Origin: Oopsacas minuta
Lineage: Eukaryota; Animalia; Porifera
Reading direction: 5' to 3'
NCBI GenBank assembly: GCA_024704765.1
Contig: JAKMXF010000233.1
Coordinates: 558,001 to 622,000 of the forward strand
Length of the DNA: 64,000 bases
Shown: piece after piece, positions 60,488 to 64,000 of the stretch
Layout of the letters: each line of letters opens with the position of its first letter
Numbering within the stretch: position 1 is the first letter of the stretch
Program-made: the position numbers and the translations under genes
Notes under the pieces: model-generated
Told to the model about the DNA's origin: nothing
The model's input: only the letters and a program-made list of their open reading frames with translations
Databases searched by the model: none

Positions 60488-63400
60488 ATGACAGACCTAG
60501 GAGAGAATCTAGCAATGAGACCAACTCCCTCTCCAATTTCTTCTGAGAAGATATTTATTAGATTACACAAACAGGAATATGCAGCTGGTGATGTCATATA
60601 TGGGTAAGGTATATTCACACAAATATTTGTTTGTTTACTCGGTTTTATTTCGTAAACAAAAATTGATAAATATAAACAAATATTCACTGATTTACACATT
60701 CCTTTCTAGACTTGTGTATCTATGGGTGAGTGCGCCAGTTGCGTCACAACTTCTAAAAATATCTATTCAAGGATTCGAGGAATGTGAGTTACCATGGCAA
60801 CCATCCCTCTACGGAATTCTCACCATAGTTACGTATAGGTACATTTGAAATGTGGGAGAGTGAACCGAATCCTGATGACGTCAAGAACCCTATTAAGCGT
60901 AGAGTAGAGAGACACAATAAACGAGACACTATTCCCAAATTTGAGGAACAGCTGGCTTCCTATCCACGTGAGTTATATTTATAATGACAACAGATTGTTG
61001 TTGTTATTCTTTGTTGTTGTTTATAGGTGGATTTCCTTTGGGTTATTTTTATTATCCGTTCAAATATGAGTTGCCTCAGGTGATGCCAGGTTGTTTGTTT
61101 GTTTGTTTGTTTGTTTGTTTATTTGTTTGTTTGTTTGTTTGTTTGTTTGTTTACATGTTTATTTGTTAGGCAGCTTCTTCTGTAAACTAGGAGAGTCTGG
61201 CGGTCTCAAATGGAATGGAATGGTTAGATACATAATAAGAGCTTTTATCGACATTCCAGGAGCACACCATGATCTCTGGGTAACATATATATCTTTATAA
61301 ATATCAACAGACTTGTTTACGTGTTTATTACTTATAAACTATTGAATTGGTGCCTGTGAGCATGCTTAGATATACACCATGTGTAGGTGTTACTAATTTA
61401 ATTGATCTGGAAGTATGACTGTTGCTATTATAGGTAGAAGAAGAACTGTTAATCAGAGAGGCTAAGCCTAGTATCAGTGCTCTGTCTAAATCAGTAATGA
61501 ATACACAGGTACAATCTTGCTTCTGTATACCCAGGGGAATGATTGAGGTGTCTGCATGGTGAGTATCTAGTTCTTGTTGTTATTTATTTGTTTGTTCGTT
61601 ATTTGTGGGTGTTTGTAAGAGCTATAGCAGCTGTTCCCCCTTGTACCTGTTGTAACACCATTCTGTGGACCCCTCTGTCCTCCATGTACCACCAAGAGGT
61701 CCATAGGGTCAGGTTATTGTTGTTGTTATTATTAGGCTAGATAAGAATGTATACAGACCAGAAGAGAAGCTAACAGTACACTACACTATTCGTAACACCT
61801 CAGCTGTTGATGTACAGTATCTGCTAATTAAGGTTAGTATCATATTTTCACAAGCTTGTGTATATGTACATGTTTCTGGGCATACCTTTATAGACATATT
61901 TTCACACCTTTTAGCTAGTGCGTGTGATTAAACTGAGTGGTAATGAACCAAATAGACACAAACCCTTCATTCAATCTATGTCCTCATCTTCTAAGGGATT
62001 GCTACACGGTATTAATTATGACGTCACGACGTTACCACATACAAAGGATACCTCTACAAATATGCAAGTGTTATTTACACTATCACAAAACGGATGTAGA
62101 CATAACCAGAGTGTTAATAGGTAACTAAGGAGTGATTAAGGACAGTAACTCCCCGTTATAACAAAGTGACCCTCTGTAGCAGAGGTTCCCATTCTCTCTA
62201 CCCAGATACCTCAGGGTATACGTGGTTTACTGTATGGTATTTAAGAGGTGTCCTTCGCAACCGAGCGGTGACTTAAGAATGTTAAATATCCAAATATAAT
62301 TACTAAACTTGTTTCTGTTTTAGAGATGCTAATACTACTCTAACACCTGATTCTGGCGGTCAAACTATATACCCTACAACACATGCTTATAATATAAAGG
62401 TAGTTAGCACTTCACACCTTTATTCATGTTATTATTTGTGTTTATTAGTGTACATATGTGCTAGACATAGAAGTAAGAGCTAAATGGTCTGCGAGTATAA
62501 TACTTACATTACCAATACTGGTTATGCATTCACTGGATCAACAGGTTAGCTGTTTGTTTGTTTGTTTGTTTGTTGTTTGTTTACTTGTTTGTTGTTATTA
62601 TTATTTACTTACCAGTGGATGGATTGGAATGCTCCTATCTGGAGTAAGAAGTGTTCTATAGTACAGGTACCAGGAGAATATGGAGTTACTAATTCAGAAA
62701 GTATGTTACTATAATAAGATTTATAGTTCCATATGCAGTAGACTCCGCTTAATCGGGTCAAAATGGTTTGGTACCGATGTGACACTATTAAGCTGAGTCT
62801 CTGGATAGTTCCAGTTACAATTATTCTAATAAACAACAACAAATTTAATGAATTAAGCCAGCTGTTCCCAACCTGCGTTGAATTAAGCGATATAATTCAA
62901 ATTGGAACCAAGTTTCCGGATAGTTTCAATTTCAGTTGCTAATTAAGTTATTTATTCTATTTTAGTAACAGAACATTTCTCAGGGAACCCAGGTGTTAAA
63001 ATATGAATAATTCTTGTAAATTTGTTTATTTGTATTTTTAAGATGTTTGATATTTTATTATTTGTTGTTTCTAATAAATCTAATTAGCAATTTGTTTGTA
63101 TTTACTACACATACACAGATTATTCACGCTATTTCATAATTATTTTTATTTATTTTGATTATTTGTCCTCCTATCTGTATGTATATTAGTTACTTAACCA
63201 TGGATGGCGAATTTGTATATTATAATATAAGAAATTCACCATCCATGGTTTTAGAACTAATAAGCATACTGGCTGTCATTATCTTTAGGTTTTCCTCTCT
63301 TTTGAGTTCTTCTCGACACAATATGTCACTATATCTAAGTAATATATATATATTATTGGCTGACTTATTATCCATGGTCCAGTAGACTAAACAGTGTAAT

Positions 63401-64000
63401 CTCCTTAAGCAGAGTACTAAGGACATCGAATAATGCTAATCTGTTTGTGGAGATTAATTTGTATGGGGCTAGTATATTTTCAATCCATTTCCACAGACCT
63501 CTTTTGTGGAGGTTCACTGTATCCAATTGTCTCTATAATATCCCTAGTCTACCCCTTAAGGGTTGTACTGTGGGTACCTGTCTTCGTATCCATGGCCCAA
63601 TATAATCCCATCAAGTTGTCATATAATTGAACTAACTCCTTGTTGTTAATTAGCTGTATGGATTTTGGTTCCCAACACGTATATGATTACGCCTGTAGTG
63701 ATGATGAGGTGATAGCTGAGGATGACTTTTCTAACCCTCTATACGCCAGGTTAGTATATTCACATCTTTATTTGTGCCCCTTATAATTGTGTCGGTTGTG
63801 TAGTGATGATGAGGACGATTATGATCTACCTGCTCCACCACCACCACCACCACCTGTCAGTTTGGCAGAAACTGATTATTTAGCTAATATTGCTGGTGAG
63901 TTATTTGTATATTTGTTTGTTTGTTTATTTATTTATTTATTTATTTGTTTATTTGTTTACTAACAGCTCCACCAACCGGTCGTTCAGTATCACCACCAGC
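60488..64000 (+). CDS. Arrestin-domain (alpha-arrestin-like) protein, multi-exon, probably continuing past the window
   Basis: IFIRLHKQEYAAGDVIYG; GFPLGYFYYPFKYELPQVMPGSF; GMVRYIIRAFIDIPG; CFCIPRGMIEVSAWLDKNVYRPEE..V...IRNTS; CTYVLDIEV...LTLPILV; assignment of exons after 62700 is less certain. Confidence 0.75.

Overview
AT-rich, very gene-dense animal genomic DNA with short GT-AG introns full of (TTTG)n tracts and MITE relics. The style and gene set suggest a sponge, probably a glass sponge such as Oopsacas; that assignment is inference only. Genes in order: two tandem GABA-B-like class C GPCRs (the first partial), a RING-B-box-CC-NHL TRIM, a short-prodomain caspase, RPN1, an orphan ORF, a TRAF, a secreted protease-less disintegrin/Cys-rich/EGF protein with 12 TSP1-type repeats (hosting nested DNAAF1 and UQCRQ), COX17, long-form PDE4, TAF1B (hosting a nested amino-acid transporter), NSA2, RPS23, PPP1R3-like, a divergent mitochondrial uS12, coilin, a divergent Rab, a protein with up to three Ski/Dach-like domains, a Tyr/Pro-rich adaptor with a C-terminal PH domain, and an arrestin-domain protein running off the window. 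The most striking system is three near-identical intronless RING-less coiled-coil+NHL genes. They sit in a coilin intron, directly behind a stop codon, and in an intron of the PH gene. The last copy is bracketed by an exact 23-bp direct repeat, and two copies carry the same 10-bp terminal direct repeat. Their amino-acid differences cluster on the predicted ligand-binding face of the propeller and are mosaic between copies, which looks like a mobile, diversifying receptor cassette. Other highlights are operon-like spacers of about 100-250 bp with unpaired splice acceptors just before ATGs (possible SL trans-splicing), a uS12m altered at decoding-fidelity residues, and single-exon gene conversion between the GPCR paralogues. 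No tRNA, rRNA, CRISPR or autonomous transposon was recognised. All gene models were spliced by eye.
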